DNA of 61,435 bases, counting the filler, from Squatina squatina (taxonomy: Eukaryota), in the NCBI GenBank assembly GCA_031763465.1. It is 4 parts of 4 records of this genome, joined end to end, with 100 filler letters (N's around TTAATTAATTAA, not from the genome) between each part and the next. Parts side by side here need not be neighbours in the genome. Positions count along the whole stretch, not along the records: positions 1 to 17,220 come from JARFOE010000235.1; 3 more parts are not named here. The stretch is one strand, 5' to 3'. Positions 1 through 12,226 of this stretch are shown here, piece after piece. Position 1 is the stretch's first letter, and each line of letters begins with the position of its first letter. The position numbers and the translations under genes are program-made. A model generated the notes under the pieces. It had not been told where the DNA came from. It ran no database searches and worked only from the letters and a program-made list of their open reading frames with translations.

Positions 1-270
1 GTGATTCCGCTCTGCACCCCCTCCAAGGCCTATATATCCTTGTAAGGCAGTAGGATTGTTGCACCTCACTGACGCCCTAGCTGGACTCTTGACAAGATCT
101 GGCATCAAAACTAGAACTTTCCTCGCCTCATTGGTTCATTTTTAGATGCTTGCATTTACCAACCGAGGCGTCAGGGTGCCTTGTTCAGATTTTTGGACAG
201 CAATCTTTTATCAAGACAGCGAAAGATGACCCTGTGTGGATTTAATGCCAGCTAGGGCAGACAGTACAGC

Positions 271-278
271 TGACGTCA
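271..278. promoter_or_regulatory. Palindromic CRE motif TGACGTCA
   Basis: Exact 8-mer seen; no linked gene identified, could be chance. Confidence 0.2.
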
Positions 279-604
279 CCAGGAGATACTTTTTGGAATT
301 TCAGAGGATTCCTGTTGCTGTCAGTTTCAGTTTCTGAGCTAGACGCACAACAAGAAGCAGGAAATAACATTCCCAGGGCTTCTTTCCAATATCAAAGTGG
401 TTTTCCTCTGAGAAATGGTTAAAGAGGAATTACTCTGCAGGAACATCACTTTGCAGGAAGTTGGAGAGTTTTTTTTACAGTGACTCCTCCTCCACATCTT
501 GTGGNNNNNNNNNNNNNNNNNNNNNNNNNNNNNNNNNNNNNNNNNNNNNNNNNNNNNNNNNNNNNNNNNNNNNNNNNNNNNNNNNNNNNNNNNNNNNNNN
601 NNNN

Positions 605-810
605 GGAGAGAGAGAGGGAGCAGGGAAAGAGAGAGAGGGGGAGGGGAGAGAGGAATAGGGGAAAAGAAATGGATAAAGGACAGAGAGAGAGGGAGAGGGG
701 AAAGAGCGTGGGGGAGGAGAAGAGAAAAAGGGGAGAGGAAAAGAGAGGGATGAGGGAAAGAGAGGGAGGGGGAGAGAGAGATAGTGGGTGGAGGGGAAGA
801 GAGATGAGGA
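605..810 (+). repeat. GA-rich polypurine low-complexity tract
   Basis: About 200 bp almost only G and A, at a contig edge. Confidence 0.9.
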
Positions 811-1310
811 CAAGCCTGGTATTCGAGACCTAAATCATTGAAAAGCATCATACAAAATGCATTAAAAAGACAGAACGGCAACCTGCACTGTGTATTTTCC
901 AACTGCCGTTGGATAAACAGTGGAGGAGGGAATCAGATGTATAATATAATTTGCCTGGTCATAGTGCGATCAACAAAACAGATTTATAAATTTCAGACCC
1001 ATTTTGAAAGCATGATGTATTTCCTTTATCAAATTTTGAACAGTGACTGAAATGGACAAATAGATGAGAAATGTCCTTTTTATAAAAATTGACTGACGCC
1101 TCGAATACATTTCAAACCCCATTCACCGGCCAGTTGTAAGTTATGTGAGGTTCTCTATACAGTTATGACCGTGATGCAGATGTCCTTGAATGTTTCTTTT
1201 CACTAATTGAATATATCATTTCTTGTTTTGCAATTCAATACTGCTGTACAGTTAGGATGAGGGTCAATTTGAGCCAGCTCGTTTTCTTTCTTTTCTCTTT
1301 GCTGCTCCAG

Positions 1311-2140
1311 GTAGCTGGTACAGTAAATAATGTAGTGGGGAGCAGAAAATTGCAAAGGGACATTGATAAATTAAGTGAGTGGGCAAAACTGTGGCAAATT
1401 GAGTTCAATGTAGGAAAGTGTGAAGTCACCCACTTTCGACCTAAGAAAGATAGATTATACTATTTTCTAAATGGTGAGAAGCTATGGAGAGAGATTTAGG
1501 GGTATGGAAATCGTTAAAAGCTAATGGACAGGTATGAAAAATAATTAAAAAGACTAATGGACTGTTGGCCTTTATCTCAAGAGTTGGAATACACAAAGGT
1601 GAAAGTTATGTTACAGCTGTACAGAGAGAGCTGTGGTTAGACTGCATCTGGAGTACTGCATTCTGTGCTGGGAACCACACCTCAGGAAGGATATTTTGAC
1701 TTGAGGGGGTGCAGCACAGATTCACTAGGATGATACCAGGGTTAAATGGGTTAAATTTCAAAGGCAGGTTGCATAGACTAGGCTTCTATTCCCTTGAGTA
1801 TAGAAGATTAAGGGGTGATCTAATTGAGGTTCAGGATGATCAAACTATTCCCTCTGGCGGGGTAGTCCAGAACAAGGGGAATAACCTTAAAAATGGAGCT
1901 AGGCTGTCCAGGGTGATGTCAGACAGCACTTCTTCATACAAAGGGTAGTGGAAATCTGGAACACTCCTCCAAAAGGCTGTTGAGGCTAGGTCAATTTAAA
2001 ATTTCAAAACTGAGATTGATAGATTTTTGTTTGGCAAGTTTACAGGACCAAGGAAGGTAAATGGGGTTAAGGTACGGATCACCCATGAGCCAATTGACTG
2101 CGGAACAAGCTCGATGAATAGCTCACTAATGTTCCTATAA
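1311..2140 (+). mobile_element. CR1-clade LINE, 5'-truncated decayed 3' fragment
   Basis: Translations LQRDIDKLSEWAKLWQIEFNVGKCEV and RFTRMIPGL..RLHRLGFYSLEYRRLRGDLIEV; ends in gttcctat tail; stops and frameshifts. Confidence 0.9.
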
Positions 2141-2879
2141 GTAGAAGCAAGAATTTTTGAGGGAGGGAGAGAAAAGGATGCATAAGACATCATAAGTACA
2201 AAAGTGCACTTCAGAATATATGCTGCTCAATTGTTAATTTAGTTGAGTAAATTTCTTTTGATACCATAATGAATGCAAGTCAAATACTGCAAAAGAATAC
2301 AGGGGGTAATTTTAATCCTGTCTGCCTGCCTAGTGGAAACCAAATGGTTAAAATTGCCCATGGGACTTAAGTGCCAAGGTCCTGCTGTCTTTGCGCATTT
2401 CCGATTTTAACCTGCTCTTCTGTAACTGGCTTTAAATGAGCAGAGTAGGCTCCAGTGATGTCATCAAGGCTGGACTGCTATTTTAACCAGACTTATTTTA
2501 AATTACTGTGACCTTACGCTGCCGATGTCTGCAGAGTTTTCTGCCCACCTCTGCCTCTGCCGGTTCTGGTTTCAGGCTATAAGATCACAAGATCATTGCG
2601 AATGAGGAAGGCTACTTGATTCATCCATTCTCGTATCTTAATGTCACTGCATTGTGGCAGCCAAATGTTTCTTAAATGATCCCAGGGTTTTGCTTCCATT
2701 ATTCTTTCCAGAAGTTTGTTCCACATTAATCACTTTTTGTGTTAAGAATTCTGAGATCGGTTTCAAAATTACCCTTATCNNNNNNNNNNNNNNNNNNNNN
2801 NNNNNNNNNNNNNNNNNNNNNNNNNNNNNNNNNNNNNNNNNNNNNNNNNNNNNNNNNNNNNNNNNNNNNNNNNNNNNNN

Positions 2880-3397
2880 GAGAGAGAGGGAGGAACCTGT
2901 GGAGGAGCAGGGAGGTTTATGGCTCCAAGTACGGAAATCACTAGAAACTAGTGGACAGTGAAAAAAAATAATCAGAAAGGCTTTGGAATGTTGGCCTTTA
3001 TCTCAAGAGGGCTGGAATACAAAGGGTGGAAGTTATGTTACAGCTGTACAGAGCTCTGGTTGGCCACACCTGGAGTAACTGCATTCAGTTCTGTGCCCCG
3101 CACCTCAGGAAGGAGATATTGGCCTCGGAGCGGGAGCAGCGCAGATTTACCCAAATGATACCCGGTATTAAATGGTTAACTTACGAGGAGAGTTTGCACA
3201 GACTGGGCTTAGATAGAAGATTAAGGGGTGATCTAATTGAGGTGTGGAAGAGAAAAGAAAGACTTGCATTTATCTCACACTTTTCACGACCACCCGGACG
3301 GGTCAAAGTTCTTTACAGCCAAGTGAAGTACTTTTGGAGGTAGGCACTGTTGTAAGAGGATTAAAGGATTTGACGGGGGCAGGTGGAGAGAAACTAT
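2880..3397 (+). mobile_element. CR1-clade LINE 3' fragment interrupted by a SINE tail
   Basis: EVMLQLYRALV..QRRFTQMIPGIKWLTYEESLHRLGL..RRLRGDLIEV; CR1 resumes near 3355. Confidence 0.85.
3251..3354 (-). mobile_element. DeuSINE (SacSINE1-like) 3' tail nested in CR1
   Basis: Reverse complement of the tail seen in other copies (aagtacttca..gtgaaa..taaatgcaagtctttcttt). Confidence 0.8.
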
Positions 3398-3525
3398 TGG
3401 GGGCGAAATTCCCCTTTCTAACCTTTCTGCCTCTGGGGGGCGCTAGCCGGGTGGTAAGGGCTTTATGGCGCCAGGCGGTGACATCAACAGCAGGAGTGGC
3501 AACTGGACGCGGTGGCGCTGTTTAA
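3398..3525. mobile_element. GC-rich MITE fragment, Harbinger-like terminus
   Basis: Starts GGGGGCGAAATTC, similar to the TIR of the intact element at 8714; CpG-rich. Confidence 0.5.
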
Positions 3526-3758
3526 AGTGCGATTGTGGTGGCCATTTTCTATTTGCTAGTAAGTTTTTCAACTCCAGGAAGGTGTTGTTAATTCTTGGCT
3601 GAGAGAGTATCAGGTAGTCCAGCAACAGAAACGTGTAATTTTCTGAGCTTTGAACCTGNNNNNNNNNNNNNNNNNNNNNNNNNNNNNNNNNNNNNNNNNN
3701 NNNNNNNNNNNNNNNNNNNNNNNNNNNNNNNNNNNNNNNNNNNNNNNNNNNNNNNNNN

Positions 3759-4037
3759 AAGTACTGGCCAGGACCCACATCGGGTAGATAAAGAGGACTC
3801 CACTGCTCTTCTTTGAACTAGTGCCATGGGATCTTTCACATCCACCTGAGATAGCAGACGGGGCCTCAGCTCAATGTCTCATCTGAAAGACTGCACCTCC
3901 AACAGTGCAGCACTCCCTCTGTACTCCACTGGAATGTCAGCCTGGATTTTTGTGCTACAAGTCTCTGGAGTAGGACTTGAACCCACAACCTTCTGACTCA
4001 GAGGCAAGGGTGAGAACCACTAAGCCACAGCAGACAC
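3759..4037 (-). mobile_element. DeuSINE (SacSINE1-like) tRNA head and core
   Basis: Minus strand has A box tggcttagtgg, B box ggttcaagtcc and core aaagatcccatggcacta. Confidence 0.85.
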
Positions 4038-4279
4038 AGTGGGATGCTTACATCCCACCCAAATGCCCACTGCAAAGGCCCATAGATCTGAGTAGTATTT
4101 AGTGAAATCCTTTTGGGAATAATTAACACCCAAAAGCTGATGTTATTTAGTCTAACCAAATTAGGCTGGAATGAGAACTAAATCCCATTGAAGATCCATT
4201 TTCAGCAACAACAGAAGGGAAAAAAATACTCACAGTATAGATTAATTGTGGAAGTGGTACCTTCTTCAGTTCAACATCT

Positions 4280-4756
4280 TGATAATGTCCAGAGATAAAA
4301 AAAATATGAAGGCTTAAATTATCAGGACAGGTTGCAAAGGACAGGCTTGTATTCTCTTGAGTATAGAAGATTAAGGGGCAATCTAATTGAGGTGTTTAAT
4401 GATTCATTAAAGGAGCTGATAGGATAGATAGAGAGAAACTATTTCCTCTGCTGGAGGAGTTCAGATCAAGAGGGCATAACCTTAAAATTAGAGCTAGGCC
4501 ATTCAGGGCTGATGTCAGGAAGCACCTCCTCACACAAAGGGGAGTGGAAATCTGGAAGTCTTCCCCCCCCAAAAAAAAAAGCTGTCACGGCTGGGAGTCA
4601 ATTGAAAATGTCAAAACTGAGATTAATAGTTTTTTTTTGGGGCAAGGGTATTATGGGTTACTGAACCAAGGCAGGTAAATACAGTTCAGCCATGATCTAA
4701 TTGAATGGTGGGATAGACTCAAGGGGCTGAATGGCTTACGCCTATTCCTATGTTCC
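4280..4756 (+). mobile_element. CR1-clade LINE 3' end
   Basis: Similar to the 1730-2140 copy; ends cctattcctatgttcc. Confidence 0.85.
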
Positions 4757-5358
4757 AATTGTGGCATTTCAGTTTATCAAAAGTACTAATAAATGCCTGT
4801 TGCCTCCTTTTTTTATATTGCCAATTTTTGCCTTGCTGCCTCAGCTTTCTCCTTCGAGCCGGAGGATTCAAAGGTTTCGGTGTGACTTGTCCCATTGCTA
4901 TCGACACTATTGCTCCAAATCAGCAGACACGGAGGGTGCACCTTTTAGAGCAGCAGATGTCTCTTTCAAACTCTTCCCCCGTCTCAGTTTTCCTTTCCAC
5001 ACGAACGCAAAGCCCTTGACAGCTCCCCTGTGTGCCACTGAAACCTGAGTATGGAGAGGAGCTCAACTAGATGTTGAGTCAGATCCTGAATGGAGGTTCA
5101 AAGCTTATCACTGCAGCTGCCCAAAGTAGAAAGGCATTGTATCACATGGGAATTGTTAATATTTCACTGTCCGTCAAAGGATAAGAATAACATTCCATAT
5201 GATCTGAAAATATTATTCAATAGTTCTGTGTTTCAAGAGACTTTGAACCTTCAACCAACAATGTTAGTGATGGATTGTTCCAACTTACTCATTGGTTATG
5301 GCTTTCTAATTCCTTAAATAAATGTCCTCCTTCATCAAAACCTCTTGTCTTTTTTCAG

Positions 5359-5643
5359 GTGAAATCAGATGCTACTGTGACGGGCCACAGTGTGTGGCAA
5401 CAGGCTACATGTGCAAGTCTCAGCTCTCTGCCTGCTTTACCAGACTACTGGACCCACAGAACGTCAATTCCCCCTTATTGCATGGCTGTATGGACACTTT
5501 CTCCAATACGACGGAGATCTGCCATTCACAAAGTTCCTACCAGCACAAAGGACGCTGGTCACTCTTAGAGTGCTGCTGGGAAGACATGTGTAATTATAAA
5601 GGGCTACAGGAAGTTTTGCTGCATTCTGGGAGCAGCATGTCGG
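5359..5643 (+). CDS. BAMBI: BAMBI-family (BMP and activin membrane-bound inhibitor) exon 2, extracellular Cys-rich domain; partial gene
   Basis: GEIRCYCDGPQCVATGYMCKSQLSACFTRLLDPQN..HGC..LECCWEDMCNY; acceptor ttttcag at 5357-58, donor gtaatg at 5644; 285 nt, phase 1-1. Orthologue versus paralogue unresolved. Confidence 0.93.
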
Positions 5644-6027
5644 GTAATGAATCTTCAAGTATTACTAGTGCATGGTTCATTTGAGAATCACTTTATTAGG
5701 GTTTTACCACCTCCTGCAAAGAATGAATAAAGAGATGACACCCAAATGTTCTGATACATAGGACTGTATCACAATGTACCAGGACACGAAACACTTCCAG
5801 TAGAATTTTTCTATACACTTTTTTCAGCTTACTTGTTCTAGTTTTTGTCTCATATTTTTCCTTGCCATGCTTTATTTTCTACGTGTTTTTATGAATTAAA
5901 AACTACGGGGCCGAAATTGGCTTCTTTNNNNNNNNNNNNNNNNNNNNNNNNNNNNNNNNNNNNNNNNNNNNNNNNNNNNNNNNNNNNNNNNNNNNNNNNN
6001 NNNNNNNNNNNNNNNNNNNNNNNNNNN

Positions 6028-6112
6028 AATTTTGTTTTATAAGTATTCTGTGAAGCACCTTGGGGTGTTTTACTACGTTAAAGACACTATATAAAAGCAA
6101 CTTGCTGTTGTT
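6028..6112 (+). mobile_element. SINE/L2-type 3' tail
   Basis: tgtgaagcaccttgggg..ttaaagacactatataaaagcaacttgctgttgttgttg. Confidence 0.6.
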
Positions 6113-7337
6113 GTTGACAATCCTTCTTTTGCCGTTGCAGGCTGTCCGGATCACAGCTGTGATCATGATAATATTGGTAGCTTTTAACTAGAATAAACTG
6201 ATGGTTAGAAAGGAGCTTCGGAATGAAAAGCTGAAATATCTTGATCATTTCACTGATATTATTGACTGACGTGGTATTAGTTGTGACATTTTCTTTTGTT
6301 CTCAAACATAAGAGAAATGCAAACATTTCTTCAAAATACGTGCGTAACAAGACTGCAGTAATCCCAGGCTTTTTGAAATGATCTTTAATTTGATGGCAGT
6401 TTACTAGTCTGCTAAAATGGTCATTAAAGAATTTGATTGACTGGACAAACACTTGTTAAATGCAGACAGCTGCAGCCTCATTCTTTGAAAAGTATTGAGG
6501 GTTGAAATACAGTACATAAAAATTCAATTTGCAAATCCTTCAGATAACTAGGAAGGAGCCAGGAAGTAAATTTCTTCATAAATCACACTGACATGTTTCT
6601 CCCTCTTTAATGCATTTCACAATAATCAAGAAAACAGCACATTCCCTTTCGGAGGGAGAGAGAGAATGTAATTGACAGGTTGTTTGGTTTACCCTGAAGT
6701 TTGATGTTGCAGGGTTTAACGTGAACAATAATAATAATTAAGAGTGCAGCTAGGGGCCTGAGAGCTACAATGGGTTAGAAGTTCTTTGAACAGCACCCTT
6801 TCAATTCTGGGAACTGGATTTGAACCTTTCTCCTCTGTCAGATAGTTCTGAAGGCTTAAAGTGAAAGGAGTTGGAGCCGTACTTCCTGGTGGTCTCAATT
6901 TCAATGGGATAACCATGAAATTAGGTTGCCGCTTGGCCATATATTTCTGCTGGCTCAGGCTTGCCTGCAATTTTGAAACTGCCAGCCAGTCGCATTCCTG
7001 CAGCAGATGCAACATCCTTTGGTTTATGTCACAAAGATCGCAAAGAAAAGTCCATATGAGGGAGGATATTTGGGTCGCGTACCTCATCCTTCCTTAAAAA
7101 CCTGTAGTCCATCGTCATAGCATGTTGCTGCCTCATGATGATTTCAGAGTTTGGCCTCCACTACCCTACCCAGAAGAGAATTTCAGATAACAATCACCCT
7201 CTGTGTAAAGACCCGCATCTTCACATCAGTCTTCAACTTGCCTTTTACTAGTTTGTACCAACGTCCCCTTGTCCTACAGTGGTGTTATAACTTGAAATGA
7301 TGCTCAGGGTTAATCATTTCTTTTCACAACTTGCTAA

Positions 7338-7428
7338 TGTCAGCCATGGCTCAGTGGGTAGTACTCTCACCTCTGAGTCAGAAAGTTGTGGATCCAAGTC
7401 CCTTTCCAGAGACTTGAACACATAATCT
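7338..7428 (+). mobile_element. DeuSINE tRNA-derived head
   Basis: gtcagccatggctcagtgggtag..ctctgagtcagaa..ccaagtccc, A and B box-like motifs. Confidence 0.8.
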
Positions 7429-7979
7429 NNNNNNNNNNNNNNNNNNNNNNNNNNNNNNNNNNNNNNNNNNNNNNNNNNNNNNNNNNNNNNNNNNNNNNNN
7501 NNNNNNNNNNNNNNNNNNNNNNNNNNNNCAGAACTCTGTACCAAGCAAGCAAGCCCCTAGCTGCCCTTCTGATTTGGAACATACAGGACTGGACAGCTTG
7601 ATTAGTGGATGCCACACTCTGCTACTGGACAGAGCAATCACTGACTAAAATGAAAAGGGAGTTAGCCAACATTGGGAGTAGCCTGTACAATGTTCCAAGA
7701 CAGTCCACAAGAATCAGAGGTTAGGGAAACTGGCTTGCTGCAGTGTTTTGCTATTACTGAGAGAGAAAGCACATGTTTAGACAGCAACAAGCTTGTCTGC
7801 CATGTTAAATCTACATTTGAGACTAAATCTCATTAGAATTGTCATTGGGTGTCCGTCAGACTTTTTTTTTCTGTCTGAGCGAATGGAGTCCCCGACTGTC
7901 TGATAATTTAATAAATATCTTGGAAAATATAATTTTTTTTCTGGCGCGTCTTTCGGGAGAATCAGTGGTAACGTCTGTC

Positions 7980-8076
7980 GCAAAAACAGAAAATGCTAGA
8001 AGTGGACAGCAGGTCAGCCAGTACCTGTAGGCAAAATATAGAGGGATATTTTGGACATAGCTCTTTTGTCAGAACT
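7980..8076 (+). mobile_element. Penelope-type terminal repeat, decayed
   Basis: aaaacagaaaatgctagaag..cagcaggtcagccagtacctgt resembles copies at 28695 and 50279. Confidence 0.5.
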
Positions 8077-8713
8077 CTAACCCTTACATTTGTCCAGGAA
8101 CGCTATGACTCCAGGAATATAATGTTAATTAAATAAGCTTGAATTACAATGACTTCAGAGGAGAAGCATAAGTTGGGTGTGTTACGAATTTGTATTTTGT
8201 GTGTATTTTGGTGGAGCTACTCTTTCACTATTTTCTTTGCCAATAGCAGAGCTCATTGAAGCTCAGAAATGATAGTGTACAGTGCACATGACGTTTGATA
8301 AAGGCTCGTGCGCTGGGACAACCGAAGATAGTTTTGTTCCGCAGCTATTATGTGGATTTCACTCTTTTCACGGGAGGCCTTTATCAGTTCTCTTGGCATT
8401 TTTCCAGAAATGCTTAATTGTGAATCAGGCTGAGCCTGGAGTCCCGAGAGAGGGAGGCTTTGCTCCAGGTCAGCCTGGCATTCTTTCCACAGTTGTCTAA
8501 TCAGAAGGGAGGGACAGTTTAGTCTAAGACTGCTAAGCAGATTAAAATGTGACTGGACAGAGATAAATAATTGAAAGAACAAGTAGTCAAAATACCATTA
8601 ACATTTGCTGTACTTCAATGCAACATAAGAGCCAACTGTAATGATATCAGTAAGATTAACTTCAAAGGTAAATGTACTTCAGCATGAGTGTTGTGACCCA
8701 TTAAGTACTCAGA

Positions 8714-9429
8714 GGGGGCACAATTCAGCTGTGTTTTCATCCTCTTGGTGCCTCCGAGGGGCGCTAACGGGGCGAAAATGCACAAAATGGTGCCGAGAAG
8801 CGGTCATCTCGCCTCCTGGGGAATTCCCCCGGGGTGCAAAGGCCTTTGCGTCTGGCCCGGGGAATTTCACGGCGGGTTGGCGTGCGACGTCATTAAAATG
8901 CACGCCGACCCTTACCGGGCAGTCCGTGACCCCCTTTATGGCCCGTTTGCGTCCCACGGGCACAATTCACCCACGGGACGCGGCCACAGCACCGGTCACT
9001 TGCAGCAACAGTACAACCTGGCACTGCAAAGGGCCTCTTAAAGGGGAGGGCCTGAGCATAGGCCGAATCTGCGGTTGGCATGCTGATGGCGGCCCGCGGC
9101 TGGATCAGGCCACCATCCCCTCGCCTGGCACGCTGGCAGGGGGCCCAGTCGCTGTCGTCCCTGGTGGCCCAGTGGCGGGCCGTGGGGCACCGTCAGAATG
9201 GCCGGCGATCTCCCCCTTTAAGGGAGGCCGAGCGCGCGTGTGACATCAGTGATGTCCCCAGCCAGCTGCCCCAGTTCCGTCCTGGGAGCGAGGCCGACAT
9301 TGCTGTGCCTTGATCCCACCGTGGAACAGCAAATTCCATGGCGGGTGAATGGTTTTGGGAGCTGGCGGGAAAAATGCCGACCCCCACCTGCTACCACCCC
9401 GGAAGCGCCCCGGGCTGAATTGTGCCCCC
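8714..9429. mobile_element. Intact 716-bp non-autonomous DNA transposon (MITE), probably PIF/Harbinger
   Basis: Perfect 16-bp TIRs GGGGGCACAATTCAGC (8714-8729) and GCTGAATTGTGCCCCC (9414-9429); 3-bp TSD AGA on both sides; CpG-rich interior with no transposase. Confidence 0.88.
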
Positions 9430-10607
9430 AGAGTGTGTGACACTTAGAAACACATCACATTCTCTATCTAACCTTGGCATTTTTACACCAAAATTATATG
9501 TAATATATTCAAGCTCATTTCAAGATATTCTTTCTAATTTCAAATCTCCCTGCTCCTCCCCTCCACCCCCAACAGCCCTGTTGTCGTCGTTGGTCATGGA
9601 AGCTAAACCATGATCACCTCCATGGGTGCTACTACTGCCGTCCCAGAATTCAGTGATGTGGTGGGAAGATCTCCTTTGCTNNNNNNNNNNNNNNNNNNNN
9701 NNNNNNNNNNNNNNNNNNNNNNNNNNNNNNNNNNNNNNNNNNNNNNNNNNNNNNNNNNNNNNNNNNNNNNNNNNNNNNNNGTACTAGACCAATTTAAACA
9801 GAAAAATAAATGCCAAATTAAATGTGATAAATAGGTAACTTGTTGTTTGTGGAATTCGGTTCAATTCATTGTGACTTGACCTTACATTAAGAGACATTTA
9901 TATTTCATAAGACTAGATATTTTTCTTTTGCTTAATCAGAAAAGATTCAAATAAACAATCACTTTTTAAAATGTAGATGAAGCAATATCCCTCCACCACC
10001 ACCGCTATCATTACAGAATCCTCTTCTCATAGTTATCAGGATTCTAATCAGTATGGAGTAAGTAATTATAAAATTGCGATGCTGCAAGAAGAGCTTAAAT
10101 AAGCTACACGGTGGGGAAAGTGAGTGAGAGACTATTTTTGCGTATAGTGAAATGTGGCAGTGGGGCTGCATTGCTGGTGAAGGATGTGAACAGCAACACT
10201 GTTGCATTAAAATATTTCCATAGTATTACAAAAGGCTTAGCCGAGTTTATCAGATTTCGCAAACACTGCTGGCAAATTTTGGAACCTGTGAAAGTATATA
10301 AAACCAAATCTGGCATGAGCATTTTTTAAATTTCTTTTTCATCCACTTTTTATATTTATAAACAGTATCTGTTAACAGATTAAACAGCTTGACACTGTGA
10401 TGAGAATGTTGGGATCTATGAATGTCGATGTTTAATAACTGATACCAAAACTTTTAGACGTCGATTCTGAGATTTCACTTTGCATTATTTTGCTGCTCAA
10501 CAGTAATTGTATTTCAAATAGAATATAATTGGCTGCCTGGGGAGATGACAGTTTGAAGCAGTGTTTGGTTTTTATCACTTAAATATCATTTATTCTGTAA
10601 TAAAAGG

Positions 10608-10750
10608 TGTCAGCCTTGTCTCAGTAGTGGCACTCTCGCCTCTGAGTTAGAAGGTCATAGGTTCAAGCACCACTCCAGAGACTTGAGCACATAATCTATA
10701 TTGACAATTCAGTGCAGTACCGACAGAGTGCTGCACTGTTGGAGGTGCTA
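10608..10750 (+). mobile_element. DeuSINE head, 3'-truncated
   Basis: gtcagccttgtctcagtagtggcactctcgcctctgag..ggttcaagcacc..cagtgcagtac..gctgcactgttggaggtgc. Confidence 0.8.
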
Positions 10751-10769
10751 GTTCTTTTTTCGTGGATGT

Positions 10770-11145
10770 GCCTGTCCAAGTCAGATTCCCATGAGCACTG
10801 GGGAACCCGCAGATACTCTGCGCAAGCTGCCTTTCTTCACTCGAAAGCTTAGTGTTACCAGATCACAAGAGCCATCAAATCCGAGCCCAATTCCGTCCTG
10901 TTTTAACACAACGTACACACATCCAGACTTCCCAGCCAGGGGACGGTAGCAGCGGGACTCTGGCAACGTTCCCACGAAGCTGCGTGGCCGCGCAGCAGTC
11001 TGGAAATCCCACGCAGGCTCGTCAGTTTTTATGTGGAAACCACACACGCGCAAAGATTTGAATGGGCCGCACAGCCAGTTAACGGCAGCGCACAGAAAAA
11101 AAGTTAGAAGGAACATCATTGGGTTCCTCCCCCCCAAATTTTAAT
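10770..11145. repeat. GC-rich interspersed repeat fragment, MITE-like
   Basis: CpG-rich island in AT-rich DNA ending near cccccccaaattt; boundaries approximate. Confidence 0.35.
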
Positions 11146-12157
11146 CTACGTTATTAAAAAAAAAAGACTGGTAAAATTTAACTCTTGACAAGGCATTCTA
11201 ACTGATTCTGTAACCAGTAACTCAAGACCGAGCCCAACACTAACATCAAGGAAAGTGATCATCTCAGACTTCGGTACATCTCGAGCCCAGCACAAATCCT
11301 CCCTCACTCAACGAGCCGGAAACATGGCTTAAGAGGAAGAGGCCAAATGACGCACATAACTGCTTGCAGCAGTATTTACAGGAAAATATTTTGCTTTTCA
11401 AACTAAACTTCAGGAGCAATTAAGATCAGGTTAAGATGGCTTAAGCAGAACAGAGGTCTGTGTTTATACATTTCTGTTTAAGGCAGAGAGTCATGCTGGT
11501 ACTCTTCTAAGTGTGAAAATAGTTTTGTTTTGAAAAATAATCTCCCTTTGTTCATGTTGAACTGATTTTTTTGTACTCATGAAGGTGAAGGATAACATAA
11601 ATGGAAAATGAAACTTAGAGATCCTACTCAGAAATGTTCTGAGCTCTGAGCCAGCCTTAGAAATGGTTAAATAATTAGGGTCACTTGGAGTCTGAGGCAG
11701 AGGTCAGGCCACTTCCAAATTGCCAAAATAAGATTACTTCTGAGAAAGATTTACAATGTTCCATTTTATTGTTGCATTGGAATCTCATCAAATTCCATTC
11801 CCGAATTGAATGTCCTATTGAATAAAGTTGTTGATTGCTTTTACAGCAGTGATCATTCGCCCTTTGTGCAGTGTCTGCTTACATTACAAAACCTTNNNNN
11901 NNNNNNNNNNNNNNNNNNNNNNNNNNNNNNNNNNNNNNNNNNNNNNNNNNNNNNNNNNNNNNNNNNNNNNNNNNNNNNNNNNNNNNNNNNNNNNNCCTAC
12001 ACTTCGGACTTGCTTTTTACATTTGGAGATTGTCCTCCACCACATAAAAATCTGCTTTTTATTCTCTATTACAGTGGTTACTAGCATAGCAATGCTTCAC
12101 TTATAACTCGGGAACTATTGGTCCCTTATTTTTCCATCCAAACTGTACACTCCAAAG

Positions 12158-12226
12158 GCCTGCTGAGTTTTTCCAGCAATTTTTGTCTGTATTCTAGATT
12201 CCAGCATCCGCAGTATTTTGCTTTTG
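12158..12226 (-). mobile_element. Penelope-type terminal repeat fragment
   Basis: Near-exact reverse complement of 28695-28764. Confidence 0.65.

Noticed and set aside
339-902. Long ORFs across N gaps (also 13190-13807, 34166-34608, 56515-57336)
   Set aside because: They are open only because of N runs and low-complexity sequence.
1257-1499. Signal-peptide-like ORF MRVNLSQLVFFLFSLLLQ as BAMBI exon 1
   Set aside because: No similarity to the BAMBI N-terminus; it runs into CR1 sequence and the hydrophobic run comes from a T-rich tract.
6141-6176. 36-nt exon candidate GCPDHSCDHDNI
   Set aside because: Good acceptor but weak donor (gtagct) and no recognisable peptide.
7338-7428. tRNA gene (also 10608 and 59777)
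   Set aside because: A and B boxes continue into SINE body sequence; these are SINE heads, not tRNA genes.
8641-9443. 200-aa ORF and overlapping ORFs
   Set aside because: By-product of the GC-rich MITE; no transposase or other domain motif.
10104-10329. Possible minus-strand terminal exon VPKFASSVCEI-stop and nearby ORFs
   Set aside because: Too short to assign; no recognised protein.
11219-11332. Kinase-like peptide RKVIISDFGTSR
   Set aside because: No HRD motif upstream and a stop before any APE motif; probably chance.
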